A stretch of 64,000 bases of DNA from an uncultured Clostridia bacterium. Its GTDB lineage: Bacteria; Acidobacteriota; Aminicenantia; UBA2199. The notes beneath the pieces were generated by a model, which was given only the letters and a program-made list of their open reading frames with translations, was not told the DNA's origin and ran no database searches. The position numbers and the translations under genes are program-made. Below, piece by piece: positions 9,423 through 19,675 of this stretch (position 1 is the stretch's first letter; each line of letters opens with the position of its first letter). The stretch lies in the NCBI GenBank assembly GCA_964457225.1, contig CAYWEM010000001.1, positions 317,957 through 381,956 on the forward strand, read 5' to 3'.

Positions 9423-10094
9423 ATGAATGAAATAAACAACGTCAACGGAAATACCGGGATAAGGGATTTGTGGGCCATCCTGAATGAAAACCGGCTGGAA
9501 CAGCAGTCAGAACAAAACCCCGCCCAGTCGGGCTACATTCCAGGCAACGAAAACGACGACAGCACCATATCTATGACGGCCCGAGGTTTTGACGCCGTCC
9601 AGAACAGGATTTCCCCGGAAGATTCGGAAGCGCGCAATGGTCTGCGGGCCATGATCACCAGCATGGTAACCCGCGGCGAAAACCAGGTCACGGAGCGATT
9701 TTTCAACACCACCGACAACATGAGCCGGGAAGAGCTTTCAGGTTTCGCCGGCCAGGCAGGCGCCGTGGCCGAGCTTGACGACCAAAACACTCTCTCTTCC
9801 TGGATGGATCAGTTTATGGCCCTGCGCGAAAGAAACCTCGAACTAGGCAACAGTTTCGCCGCCGCGGTGAACAACATCCTTGAAATTGATTCAGAGCGGC
9901 AAGGCGGCGCTCCTGACAACACCAACAGCACCCTGCGCTCCGTACTGGCCGTCTCCAACGACATGTCCCGCCGGGAAGAAGATGAAGGAATGCTGCGGGA
10001 TTTTCTCAACCAGGTAAGTAATGCTGAAAACACCACCAACCTTTCCCTGGTTGTCAGCCAATCGTTTCAGCGTCTCAGCGGCGACCAGCGCTAA
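9423..10094 (+). CDS. hypothetical protein, N/S/E/D/Q-rich, with no Lys, Cys or His
   Basis: Only long ORF in the gap, preceded by an AT-rich promoter region and followed by a terminator-like hairpin. No family recognised. Confidence 0.75.
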   Translation: MNEINNVNGNTGIRDLWAILNENRLEQQSEQNPAQSGYIPGNENDDSTISMTARGFDAVQNRISPEDSEARNGLRAMITSMVTRGENQVTERFFNTTDNMSREELSGFAGQAGAVAELDDQNTLSSWMDQFMALRERNLELGNSFAAAVNNILEIDSERQGGAPDNTNSTLRSVLAVSNDMSRREEDEGMLRDFLNQVSNAENTTNLSLVVSQSFQRLSGDQR

Positions 10095-10114
10095 CAGCAG
10101 CAGGCTGTTTTTTT
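10093..10114 (+). terminator. putative intrinsic terminator
   Basis: AACAGC-agcag-GCTGTT hairpin followed by a T run, at the stop codon of the hypothetical gene. Confidence 0.45.
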
Positions 10115-10149
10115 CCGATTTGTGACAGCTTGTTTGTTTTTCAGTCCGT

Positions 10150-12432
10150 TTACAAGCTGAAAGATTTTTTCAGCACCGTGGCCCGGCTGAAAAACCCGGT
10201 ATCCGGAATCGCCCATTCCGGAAAATCCTCGGCCCCGGAAACAGCCGGCCAGCCCCAACTGAGTTCAAGTACTATCAATTCAGCTTCTTCACCCGGTTTT
10301 AACACCAATTCAAGCTTGATCCCCTGTCCGGGAGGCGCATGGTAATTCAACCAGGTCATATTATTCGGTAATTCCGGTTTTTTACCATCGACACTGAGCT
10401 CATCCAGGATGACGCGGTCCGGCGTCATCAACATGAAGAGATCGGCACGCCGCGGTGAAACCAGCCGAAAAGAAAGCAGGCGCCGTCCATCGGGCAGTTT
10501 GCTTTGCTTCATTTCCCGCAATTCGACCGGGTTGACTTCAAGGGGCTTGGCCGGGTTCTTCAGCATGAGCCTGGAGGCTCCGGGAATTATTTCACTGATC
10601 GGTTCCAGCCTGGGTTCGGGGAAATAATCCCGGTTGGCCTCGTCGGGAAGAAGATTGGCCGAAGCCCAGAATGCCTGGTTACGATCAAGATCCTGCCAGA
10701 AAACCAGGTTGGAATGAAGCGGCCTTTCAGGAGTCGGTTTACTGGTCAGGTGCCCGTCGACCAGGGCAAAGACAAAAACCGCCAGCGCTGCCAGGAGAGG
10801 AAGCCTGTTCCGCAATTCACTCAGCCAATTCAGAGCCGGCAGGAGCAACATGATTGCCATCAGCAACAAGATCACCCCGGGCTCGGGCATGGCCAGGGAA
10901 AAGATGATGAAAATCATTGTCAACAAAGGAACCAGTAAAAAAACCGCCGGCAGCATGGACAGCAACTGCAGCCCCCGGTGCAGACGGGGCCATTTTCCCG
11001 GCGACCAGTTCCCGAAAAAAGCGGCGCTCATAACGGCTACCGGCAGAAACAGCGGATAAATCAGCAGGTAAGCCGCGCCGGGCATGAACAAGTAAAGCGC
11101 CGCAGCCGCCAGGGAAAGCAGCAGCAGGGCTCCGGCATGCAGGTTTTCCCGGCCGAGTTTTTTCACGATCGGACCGTACAGGGATACGAATACGAGCAGG
11201 ACCAGGCCGCCCAGCGCCCAGAAGTAGTAGGAGACATTGGCCGGGTTCATGGACAGGTGATGGCTGTACAATGGGTAAAAAGATCTGATCAGAAGCAATA
11301 ACCCCTTGACCAGGAGTAAACAGACTGCCGCGGTCAACAAGTAAAACAGCATTGAAAAAAACAGGCCCGGGTAAGTCAGGCGACGCAGAGCCAGGCCGCG
11401 GTAAAGTGCCGAAATAAGCAGTGAGAGCAGGAGCAAAAGCCCCAATAACAGCTTAGCGTTTGAAAAAACCAGCAGCCAGTGGCCGGCGGGATTGAAGTAG
11501 ATCAGGTCTGGAGCCTTTGACCTGGAAATATCACGAAAACCGAAATGGCGCACCAGGTCCATGATGTACTGGCCGTGATGCTGCAGGCTGCGCGGGTCAA
11601 GGCGCTCTGGAGTATCGGTCATGGCATGATAGTGCACGAAACCATCGATCAGGGCTACATTGAACCCTGGATAACCGGCCTGCTTGAATACTGTGAAATC
11701 GGTATTGTTGGGCAATCTGCGGTAAGCCTCGTAAAACAGGGAAGCGGCAAAAGGCCGGGAAACGGCCTGGGCGTATTCACTTATCAGCCATCCGTTTTGC
11801 GGGCTGGTCTCAAAGGTAACACTGACACCGCGATTGCCGCGAGCCTCCAGGTTCAGCACCAGGGATTTTTTTTCAGCCAGTGCATGTTCCTCGACGTAGG
11901 CTTTGGCGCCGACCAGGCCTACTTCCTCGGCATCGCTGAACAACAGGATCAGGTCGTTTTTCATGGCCGGATTGTGACGCATGGCCCGGGCAGCTTCCAG
12001 CATGGCCGCCACCGCCGCGCCGTTGTCCGCCGCACCGGGAGAATTCGCCACCGAGTCGTAATGCCCGACCACCAGGACGGCCCCTGTCCCCTGGGTCCCC
12101 GGGAGGCGGCCGATGACATTGCGGATCATACCCCCGGTCAGATTCGAACCATACGGAGTCACGAAACTGCTTTCCTGGATTTCTGTTTCATAACCCAGTC
12201 TGTTCAATTCGGCCTCGATGTAAAGCATGACCCTCCGATGCTCCCCGCTGCCCATCGGCCGAGGTTCATGAGCGATCCGGTTCAGGTGGCGCATGGCCCT
12301 CACGGCCGAGAATTCCGACTTCGGGGCTGTAGCCTGTCGGACCTCAGGCGGTCGATAAAGATAAAGGGACAGGTATATGGAAAAAGCCAGCAGGCTCAGC
12401 ATGAAAAGCGGATAGCCGCGCTTGGTTTTCAT
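10150..12432 (-). CDS. M28 family membrane metallopeptidase (ERMP1/Pff1-like)
   Basis: VGHYDSV, GAADNGAAVA, DAEEVGL, NLEARG, NNTDF; multi-TM middle and soluble C-terminal domain. Confidence 0.88.
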   Translation of the reverse strand: MKTKRGYPLFMLSLLAFSIYLSLYLYRPPEVRQATAPKSEFSAVRAMRHLNRIAHEPRPMGSGEHRRVMLYIEAELNRLGYETEIQESSFVTPYGSNLTGGMIRNVIGRLPGTQGTGAVLVVGHYDSVANSPGAADNGAAVAAMLEAARAMRHNPAMKNDLILLFSDAEEVGLVGAKAYVEEHALAEKKSLVLNLEARGNRGVSVTFETSPQNGWLISEYAQAVSRPFAASLFYEAYRRLPNNTDFTVFKQAGYPGFNVALIDGFVHYHAMTDTPERLDPRSLQHHGQYIMDLVRHFGFRDISRSKAPDLIYFNPAGHWLLVFSNAKLLLGLLLLLSLLISALYRGLALRRLTYPGLFFSMLFYLLTAAVCLLLVKGLLLLIRSFYPLYSHHLSMNPANVSYYFWALGGLVLLVFVSLYGPIVKKLGRENLHAGALLLLSLAAAALYLFMPGAAYLLIYPLFLPVAVMSAAFFGNWSPGKWPRLHRGLQLLSMLPAVFLLVPLLTMIFIIFSLAMPEPGVILLLMAIMLLLPALNWLSELRNRLPLLAALAVFVFALVDGHLTSKPTPERPLHSNLVFWQDLDRNQAFWASANLLPDEANRDYFPEPRLEPISEIIPGASRLMLKNPAKPLEVNPVELREMKQSKLPDGRRLLSFRLVSPRRADLFMLMTPDRVILDELSVDGKKPELPNNMTWLNYHAPPGQGIKLELVLKPGEEAELIVLELSWGWPAVSGAEDFPEWAIPDTGFFSRATVLKKSFSL

Positions 12433-12566
12433 GAATGGATTTTAACCCAATCAGTTTTTTTAATAAACTGAAACAGACAACCGGGTTGAGAAAAAACCCC
12501 GGCCCGGGGAAAGCTTTATAAGTTTAACTTCAGAACCTCTTTCAGCTTTTCCGGGCCGATGGTTTT

Positions 12567-14414
12567 TCAGAAAGTAATATCGAGACCGAAGTGAATTCTG
12601 CGGCCCGGGGCCCGGTAGCCGAATATTTCCTCGTAGCGTTGATCGAAAACGTTCAGAACTTTCAGATAAAAACTGGCCTGGCGATGCAGGCGCAGGCCGG
12701 CGGCGGCTGAAAACACGGCGAAACCAGCCGCATCGACCGTGATCCAGTTAAGCTCATCGTAGTCTTTCCTGCCGCCGACCAGTCTGGCGAAAGCATTGAG
12801 ATAGAACCTGCGGAAATCCAAATGCAACCGGGCCTGGATCAGGTGCCCTGGACGACGCAGCAGCTCTTCACCGCTGATTTCATTCCTGGCGGTCATTTTC
12901 TGCCAGGAGAGGGTGATGAAATGGGGACCCAGGTCAAGACGAGGCTGCAGCTGCCAGCCGCGCACCAGGTCGCGGCTGGAATTGGCCAGGCGGTAAGCCG
13001 CGTAATCGAAAACGATCAGTTCCCTGAATGAAGTATTGAAATAACCGGCGCGCAGGGAAAAGGCTCCCCTGGCCAGGCTGAATCCTGCTTCGAAATTCAG
13101 CGATTTCTCGGGCTGCAGATCCGGGTTGCCCCAGGGCGAAGCCAGTTCCACCGGCTTGGGAGAACGGTAACCAAAGCTGTTTACGGCGTAAAGACCAAGC
13201 AAAAAACCGTTTTCCAGGCGCCAGGTATGGGCGGCGGAAAAGCGCGGTGAAAGATGAAAACCGCTCCCCTGGTAGGAATCGGCGCGCAAGGCGGCCTGCA
13301 GGTTCCAGCCTTTATCCCGGAAAATCTGCTGCAGCCAGAAAGACCTACTGTTAAAGGCGTAAGCATCGAAACTCTGGTAGCCGGCCGAGTATTCATCAAT
13401 AACGGCCCGGTTCAGTTCCAGGCCGAGCACCGTCGGAGACAACTCGTTCAGCCAGTTACCCAGCAGCCTGGTTCTGAACTGGAAGTTGTCCGAGCGGGTA
13501 CGGTAATCTCCGCCCCAGGGATCGTCTTCATCCTCAAGTTCGTAGTCCCTGCGGTAATATCCGGCAGTCAGTTCAAGCGAAGTTTTCGGGCCGGCCTGAA
13601 AATGCAGGGGCAGGCCGAGTACCAGCAAACCGCTGTTGGCGCGCCTGTCGGGCGAAGGAAAACCGTAGTTCAGGGGGATGCCGAGATCCGCCCGGTTCAG
13701 GTAGAAAAAGGGTTCGGCCCGCCAAGCCCCGTGGCGCAGTTCAAAACCCAGCAGGGCGTTTTGCGAACTGAAATCTGAATTCTGCATTTCTCCGGCGGTC
13801 TGGAAGTGATCATAGGCCAGGGTCAGGCCGCCGATCCGGCCCAGGGGCAGTCCCCAGGAAAGCCGGCCGTTGTAGGAACCGGCTCCGCCGGCGCCCAGGG
13901 AAAGCCGGCCGCCTTGCACTGACCCGGTGACCAGGTTAACCGTGCCGCCCATGGCATCAGACCCGTACAAGCCGCTGTAAGGGCCCTCAACGATTTCAAC
14001 CTGCTGGAACACTCCCGGAGCCAGCCCGGCCAAATCCAGGGACAGGGCGGCAGGATCGTTGATGCGCACGCCGTTGATCATGTAGAGCACGTGCTTGGCC
14101 GAGGCCCCTCGCACGTACCCGGAGGACAACTGGCCGTATTCTCCACTGCCCAAAGTCAGCACGCCCGGGGCCAGGTTCAGCGCCTCGTTAAGGGTGAAAG
14201 CCCTGCTCCCGGCGATTTCCTCGGCAGTCAGCAGCAGCAGGGGTGTGACCGGAGCTTCAAACTTTTCCTGAATGCCGGAGGCGGTCACCACCACGTATTC
14301 CCGGACCGCACCGGTTTCCGTTTCCTTTTCCTTTTCCCGGGCCTCTTTTTCCGCTTCCAGGGGAACCAGGCCCAGGACGCACAACAGCACTAAGCAGAGT
14401 GCGATTTTTCTCAT
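12567..14414 (-). CDS. btuB: TonB-dependent cobalamin receptor, BtuB-like
   Basis: Signal peptide, TonB box VVVTAS, plug motifs (VRGASAKHVLYMING, VEIVEGPYSGLYGSDAMGG), C-terminal Phe, upstream B12 riboswitch. Confidence 0.85.
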   Translation of the reverse strand: MRKIALCLVLLCVLGLVPLEAEKEAREKEKETETGAVREYVVVTASGIQEKFEAPVTPLLLLTAEEIAGSRAFTLNEALNLAPGVLTLGSGEYGQLSSGYVRGASAKHVLYMINGVRINDPAALSLDLAGLAPGVFQQVEIVEGPYSGLYGSDAMGGTVNLVTGSVQGGRLSLGAGGAGSYNGRLSWGLPLGRIGGLTLAYDHFQTAGEMQNSDFSSQNALLGFELRHGAWRAEPFFYLNRADLGIPLNYGFPSPDRRANSGLLVLGLPLHFQAGPKTSLELTAGYYRRDYELEDEDDPWGGDYRTRSDNFQFRTRLLGNWLNELSPTVLGLELNRAVIDEYSAGYQSFDAYAFNSRSFWLQQIFRDKGWNLQAALRADSYQGSGFHLSPRFSAAHTWRLENGFLLGLYAVNSFGYRSPKPVELASPWGNPDLQPEKSLNFEAGFSLARGAFSLRAGYFNTSFRELIVFDYAAYRLANSSRDLVRGWQLQPRLDLGPHFITLSWQKMTARNEISGEELLRRPGHLIQARLHLDFRRFYLNAFARLVGGRKDYDELNWITVDAAGFAVFSAAAGLRLHRQASFYLKVLNVFDQRYEEIFGYRAPGRRIHFGLDITF

Positions 14415-14498
14415 GAAAAGCACCTCCATGTTTAAAATGGGAGGGATGTTTTTACGGTCCCGCCTCTCCCTCCGAAAGGAAGACCTTTGGGGTTTTCG

Positions 14499-14638
14499 GG
14501 CAGGTTTTCCGGCTCACAGATCATCCTCCGGGTCCGCCTTCCCGTCTGAAAGACAGTGGCATTAAGGACCCTTCGTCCCTGTTCACGGCTGCGGGGGCAG
14601 CGATGGTTTCGACCACACTTCCCTGACACCCGATAACC
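14499..14638 (-). ncRNA. cobalamin riboswitch
   Basis: Minus strand shows AGGGAA...GCTGCCCCCGCAGCCGTGA, GCCACTG...GGGAAGG (B12 box) and GAGCCGGAAAACCTGCC, directly upstream of the TonB receptor. Confidence 0.92.
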
Positions 14639-14644
14639 GCCGGC

Positions 14645-14673
14645 AATATAACACGCTCCCTTCAGCCTGTCAA
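14645..14673 (-). promoter_or_regulatory. sigma70 promoter driving the riboswitch-btuB leader
   Basis: TTGACA-N17-TATATT; the predicted TSS (about 14638) coincides with the riboswitch 5' end. Confidence 0.75.
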
Positions 14674-14798
14674 CCTTTGCCGACTTGCATAATCTCCACC
14701 CGCATTGGAAAACCTAAGGCGGGGTTTTTTGGTGCGGTCGGGTCTGCGCTTGTCTGCTGAAAAAAACAATACTATTATTGATCTGTTCAGGAGGATCG

Positions 14799-15041
14799 AT
14801 GGGTTCAATTTCGGTGATCGTCTTCACCAGCCCCGGCTGTTCATGGTGCCGGACGGCCAAGGAACACCTGCGCAGACACCAAGTATCCTTCCGCGAAGTG
14901 GACATCTCGCGCGACGAACGGGCGGCCCGCGACCTGCAGCGCATGACCGGCCAGACCGGGGTGCCGGTGATCATGATCAACAACCGGCCGGTGGTCGGCT
15001 TTAAAAAGGATGAAATAAACCGTCTGCTCGGCATAAAATGA
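14799..15041 (+). CDS. glutaredoxin-like protein (YruB/NrdH type)
   Basis: CSWC active site, GQTGVPV cis-Pro motif; ATG after AGGAGG. Confidence 0.9.
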   Translation: MGSISVIVFTSPGCSWCRTAKEHLRRHQVSFREVDISRDERAARDLQRMTGQTGVPVIMINNRPVVGFKKDEINRLLGIK

Positions 15042-15164
15042 TTATTAGTTCTCTTTTTCCATAGTCTTCTGAAAATCTTCCAGGCATAATACCCTGATCC
15101 AAATGCAGACAACTTTTTATCGATTTTTTTCGTAAAAGACTTTGAAAAACCGCAGGAAGTGAAA

Positions 15165-15890
15165 ATGATAGAAATATCCCGGGTCAGCAAGAGTTACAAC
15201 AAAGGAGAAATCAGGGCGGTTGACGAACTCAGCCTGACCGTCAACCCGGGGGAAGTATTCGGCTTCCTGGGACCAAACGGCGCCGGCAAGACAACCACTA
15301 TCAAGATGATCGTGGGCATACTGCAGCAGGACTCGGGAAGCATCAAGGTCGCCGGTCATGACACCCTGAAGGAGCCGCTGGTCTGCAAATCCCTGAGCGC
15401 CTACGTGCCGGACGCGGCCGAAATCTACGAAAGGCTGACCGGCCGGGAATACCTCAACTTCATCGCCGACGTCTACCGGGTTCCCCTACCGGAACGCAGG
15501 CTCAGGGCCGAGAAGTGGCTTCAGGCTTTCGAGTTGGGCTCCGTGCTACTTGATCCCATCCAGACCTATTCTCATGGCATGCGCCAGAAGATAGTACTCA
15601 GCGCGGCCCTGATGGTCGAACCCCGGGTCTTCATCCTGGATGAGCCTCTCAGCGGACTGGATCCCCGTTCGGCCCATCACCTCAAGGAAGCCATGCGCGA
15701 ACACTGCCGGCGCGGCGGCACCCTCTTCTTCTCGACCCATATCATGGAAGTGGCTGAAAAGTTCTGCGACCGCATCGCCATCATCAACAAGGGCCGGCTC
15801 TGCGCCTGCGGCACCCTGGAGGAACTGCGGCGGGCGGCCCGTGATTCGGCCTCCCTGGAAAACATCTTCCTGGAGCTGACCGCAACATGA
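15165..15890 (+). CDS. ABC transporter ATP-binding protein (exporter type)
   Basis: GPNGAGKTT, YSHGMRQK, LDEPLSGLDP. Confidence 0.93.
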   Translation: MIEISRVSKSYNKGEIRAVDELSLTVNPGEVFGFLGPNGAGKTTTIKMIVGILQQDSGSIKVAGHDTLKEPLVCKSLSAYVPDAAEIYERLTGREYLNFIADVYRVPLPERRLRAEKWLQAFELGSVLLDPIQTYSHGMRQKIVLSAALMVEPRVFILDEPLSGLDPRSAHHLKEAMREHCRRGGTLFFSTHIMEVAEKFCDRIAIINKGRLCACGTLEELRRAARDSASLENIFLELTAT

Positions 15891-17554
15891 AAAACATGCT
15901 GGCCCTGCTCAAAGCCGGACTGAGGCAGAACTTCGGGCTGTCGGTGATTCGCCACCGCCTGTTCAGGCAGAAAAAAGACCTGTGGTTTATTCCCCTGGTT
16001 TTCTTCGCCCTGATCGGCCTGACCGTGCTCATATATCTGTACATGGATTTCCTGGCATATCTTTTCAGAACCCTGCAGGCAATGAGGCAGGAGAAAGCCC
16101 TGCTGACTCTGACCATATTGACCGGCCAGTTCTTTATCCTGGTCTTCGGACTTTTTTACGTACTGTCTGCTTTTTACTTCTCCCGCGACCTCGAATTCCT
16201 GGTCAGCCTGCCCGCCCGGCCCTTCGCCGTGCTGGGAGCTAAATTCGGAGTCATCATGGTCAACGAATACCTGACCGTGATCCTGCTGCTTGCACCAGCC
16301 TTCGCGGTTTACGGCGGCATGTCCGGCAAGGGTCTTTTCTACTGGCTGTCGGCCGGACTGGTTTTTCTGCTGCTGCCTGTCATTCCGCTGGCCCTGGCCG
16401 GAATACTGGTCATGGTCATGATGAGGCTGGTCAACGTCAGCCGCAAGAAGGATTTCTTTATCCTGGCCGGCTCCCTGGTACTGCTCGGCCTGGTACTTTT
16501 TCTGCAACTTGGATTGAGCTCAGGCCGCAATCCCGAGGAAATGATGACCTTGTTGACTTCTTCCGACGGCCTGATGAGGGTGATCGGGGAAAAGTTTCCA
16601 CCCTGCATCTGGGCCGCCGACCTGCTGGCCGAGGGTTTCAGCTCCGCCGGACTGCGCGCCCTGCTGTTGTTCTGCGCTGTTTCGGCCGCAGTGCTTTTAC
16701 TGATGCTGTTGGCCGCGGAAAAACTCTTTTACCGTGGACTGATCGGCATTTCCGAAACCTCGGGCCGCAGGCGCAAAGCGGGAGCCGCTGACCCGCAAAC
16801 ACTCTTTGCCGGGCGGCTCAGCCCGTTGCTGAGCATTCTGGCCAGGGAATGGAAAATCATGAACCGCACTCCGATCTTCCTTTTAAACGGCATACTTTCG
16901 GTGGTGCTGATCCCGCTGGTGCTTTTTCTGATGTTGCGCGGCGAAACAGCCTCAGGCTCAATCGCAATACTGAAAATGCTGGGCTCGGGAGACCGATCTG
17001 CTGAAATAGTATTCTGCGCCGTTTTTTTCATCATCTGCGGCAGTATGAACGGCACGGCTTCTTCCGCTTTTTCCCGCGAGGGGCGGAATTTCTGGATTTC
17101 AAAGGTGATTCCGGTAAACCCGGGACTTCAAGTACGGGCCAAGTTTCTCCACTCCTACCTGGTTTCCCTGCTTGGTACTTTCGGCGGCTCCCTGGTGGCC
17201 CTGATCGTCCTCAAGCTGAGCTGGCAGAGCGTGCTTCCGGCCGCCCTGCTGGCCCTGGCCGGCGGAGTCCTGCTGACCGCGTTAAACATGGCCGTTGACC
17301 TGGCCAGGCCCCTGCTGCAATGGACCAGTCCGCAAAGGGCCATCAAGCAGAACCTGAACGTGGTAATGGCCATGGTCCTGGATTTCCTGATCCTGTACGC
17401 CTTTTTTCAGCTATACAAGCTTCTGCGCGGACTGGGTGTCGATGGAAATCAGTTGACCTTGCTCCTGTTGTTGATACTGCTGGGTTCAGCACTGCTGGCC
17501 GTTTCCACCCTGGAGAAAACAGCCGTTCGGCGTTACCTGTCCATCAGCGCCTGA
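15887..17554 (+). CDS. ABC-2 type permease, multi-pass
   Basis: More than 10 hydrophobic segments; SAFYFSRDLEFLVSLP and SREGRNFW family motifs; ATGA-coupled to the ATPase. Confidence 0.85.
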   Translation: MKNMLALLKAGLRQNFGLSVIRHRLFRQKKDLWFIPLVFFALIGLTVLIYLYMDFLAYLFRTLQAMRQEKALLTLTILTGQFFILVFGLFYVLSAFYFSRDLEFLVSLPARPFAVLGAKFGVIMVNEYLTVILLLAPAFAVYGGMSGKGLFYWLSAGLVFLLLPVIPLALAGILVMVMMRLVNVSRKKDFFILAGSLVLLGLVLFLQLGLSSGRNPEEMMTLLTSSDGLMRVIGEKFPPCIWAADLLAEGFSSAGLRALLLFCAVSAAVLLLMLLAAEKLFYRGLIGISETSGRRRKAGAADPQTLFAGRLSPLLSILAREWKIMNRTPIFLLNGILSVVLIPLVLFLMLRGETASGSIAILKMLGSGDRSAEIVFCAVFFIICGSMNGTASSAFSREGRNFWISKVIPVNPGLQVRAKFLHSYLVSLLGTFGGSLVALIVLKLSWQSVLPAALLALAGGVLLTALNMAVDLARPLLQWTSPQRAIKQNLNVVMAMVLDFLILYAFFQLYKLLRGLGVDGNQLTLLLLLILLGSALLAVSTLEKTAVRRYLSISA

Positions 17555-17574
17555 ATTGATGATCCCTGTATATA

Positions 17575-18039
17575 TCAGGTGCCGGAGCTTTCCCGCTTGC
17601 TGAAGTAATTGATATCGGAGTGTTTACTGAAACCAAGGGCCAGAAACAGTTCCTGCGACGGCATGTTGTCAGCCTCGATCAGGGCTCCGGTTATGGCGAT
17701 GCCCTGCTCCCGCAGCCAGGCTTCGGCACGGCGGATCAGTTCCCCGGCCAGGCCCTGCCTCCTCATGGCTGGATCAACAGCCAGCCGGTTAATCCAGCCT
17801 TTTCGCCCCTCGTGATTCACCAGCACCACCCCAACCAGGAATGCGGACTGCCAGGCGCCCAGGAAGAGTGAATCGCCCCGTTCCATTTCAGCCGCGATGC
17901 GGTCCGGCCTGTCCCGGCCCTGCTCCCGGATCGACAACCCGGCCCGGCGCCACAATTCGAGCAATTCAGGAACATCGGTTTCGGCCAGGGCCCGGAATTC
18001 GATTTCTTTCCCGCTTGGATTACCGTGAATAATGCTCAT
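17575..18039 (-). CDS. GNAT family N-acetyltransferase
   Basis: GWINRLAVDPAMRRQGLA acetyl-CoA motif; N...QELFLALGF. Confidence 0.9.
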   Translation of the reverse strand: MSIIHGNPSGKEIEFRALAETDVPELLELWRRAGLSIREQGRDRPDRIAAEMERGDSLFLGAWQSAFLVGVVLVNHEGRKGWINRLAVDPAMRRQGLAGELIRRAEAWLREQGIAITGALIEADNMPSQELFLALGFSKHSDINYFSKRESSGT

Positions 18040-18062
18040 CTTTTGCCGTTATCCCTATGCCG

Positions 18063-18091
18063 ATGATATGAAAAGACTGTTTCCATGTCAA
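18063..18091 (-). promoter_or_regulatory. sigma70 promoter of the GNAT gene
   Basis: TTGACA-N17-TATCAT on the minus strand. Confidence 0.65.
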
Positions 18092-18139
18092 GGCAGGCGC
18101 AAACACAGCCGATCCTGAACAAACCAGGCAGTAATTCTT

Positions 18140-19666
18140 TCAGTCAGCCGCTGCGACCTTGATACGCTGCAGAAAAAGCAGAACCGGGCTGTCGGCCCGG
18201 GAAATGTCGTACAGAGTTATGTAGAGGCTGGCGGTTTCCGGTCCGGTCTTGGGCAGGGAAGTAGTAAAGGTCCTTTTTTCTCCGGGCTTCAGTTCGCGCA
18301 ACAACTGTTGATCCAGCAGACGGTCGTCCAGATGGAAGCGCAGCAGTGCCGAGGACAGGGTGCGATCTTCACTCCAGGTCAAAACTCCGTTCAGAATGAC
18401 CTGTTGATCGTCCGGCAGGCTGATCAGGTCTATTTCATAGGTTCCGGCAACCCCGCGCAAGCCTTTGACATCGGCCAGGCTCATAGAGACAGCAGCCAGC
18501 CCCGGAGCCTCGGTCGAGGCGCTGACAAAGTAGCGGATCACCGGCACGGTCAGATCTCCCTGCGGACGCAGAATCCTCAGGCTGACTTCGTGCAGGCCCG
18601 GCATCCAGGTGGGCAGGCCGGGATCACCCGTGTCGAGGGTGATCGAATCGGCAAAGGTCAGGGCCCTTGATACCGGGCGGAAGGGCATACCGTCAACCAG
18701 CCACTGGGCCTGGAAAAAACCTGTACCCTCGTATTTGAGATCAACGTAGGCTTTCAGGTTTTCAGAATCCCGGGGCACCACCCGGTAAGCCAGGCCGTCG
18801 GCAAAGCGAAGTTGCAGGAATGAAATGTGAAACGGAGCGGCAGGCCCGCTGCTCCTTTCAACCTTGAGCTGCACCAGGACCGCCGGACCCGTCTGGCCCC
18901 GCCAGTCCCAGGCTCGCACCGTGTAAACGCCGGTTTCACTGTACAGGTGGCGCTCCAGCGTCGAACCGTGCCGAGGCGGACTGCCGTCTCCGAAATCCCA
19001 GCGCAACTCACTGCTGAAAAAATCTTTGGCCGTGAAAACCACTTCCCTGCCTGCCATGGGCTGTTCCGGCGAAAAACTGATCGAACGCCTGTTGTAATCG
19101 GGGTTCACCGTGACCTCGGCCCTGAGGGCCACTTTACCCGCTCCGCCGTTGTCCCGGGCCGTCACGGTGAACTTTCCCGGTTGCCGGTAAACATGGCTGA
19201 CCGTACGACCAGCCACTATGGCGCCACTGCCGTCGCCGAAATCCCAGCTCACCGAACTGCTGAAGAAATTTACGGCGTTGAAAACCACTTCGCGGTCCGT
19301 CAGGGTGGTACTCTGCGCCGGATCAACCCGGCGTCGTTCCACCACGTTCACACTGATGTAATCCGTGCGATTGATTGAGTCTCCGAATGCCGTAGGCAGG
19401 TACCAGTAATTCGCCCGCACTCTCATAGTTCCGGCCTGAAGATAAACATGGGAAACAGTAGCAACTCCGGTGGCCGTCTGGTTGTCACCGAAATCCCAGG
19501 CAATGGTGTTCTGCTGGATGAATCCCGAGGGTGGGGTGACTGAAAAAGTAACCGCCTGTTCGACATTGGGCGATGCCGGCGTAAAAACGATCTCGGACTG
19601 CAGCCGGGAAGCGGGCACCAGCACCAGGCTCAGGACCAGAACCAGTTTCGTCGTTTTCAAGACCAT
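18140..19666 (-). CDS. secreted protein with three PKD domains and further Ig-like beta-rich domains
   Basis: Signal peptide; three WDFGD...H.Y...G PKD signatures; ATG 19666 after AGGAG. Confidence 0.85.
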   Translation of the reverse strand: MVLKTTKLVLVLSLVLVPASRLQSEIVFTPASPNVEQAVTFSVTPPSGFIQQNTIAWDFGDNQTATGVATVSHVYLQAGTMRVRANYWYLPTAFGDSINRTDYISVNVVERRRVDPAQSTTLTDREVVFNAVNFFSSSVSWDFGDGSGAIVAGRTVSHVYRQPGKFTVTARDNGGAGKVALRAEVTVNPDYNRRSISFSPEQPMAGREVVFTAKDFFSSELRWDFGDGSPPRHGSTLERHLYSETGVYTVRAWDWRGQTGPAVLVQLKVERSSGPAAPFHISFLQLRFADGLAYRVVPRDSENLKAYVDLKYEGTGFFQAQWLVDGMPFRPVSRALTFADSITLDTGDPGLPTWMPGLHEVSLRILRPQGDLTVPVIRYFVSASTEAPGLAAVSMSLADVKGLRGVAGTYEIDLISLPDDQQVILNGVLTWSEDRTLSSALLRFHLDDRLLDQQLLRELKPGEKRTFTTSLPKTGPETASLYITLYDISRADSPVLLFLQRIKVAAAD

Positions 19667-19675
19667 GATCAACTC

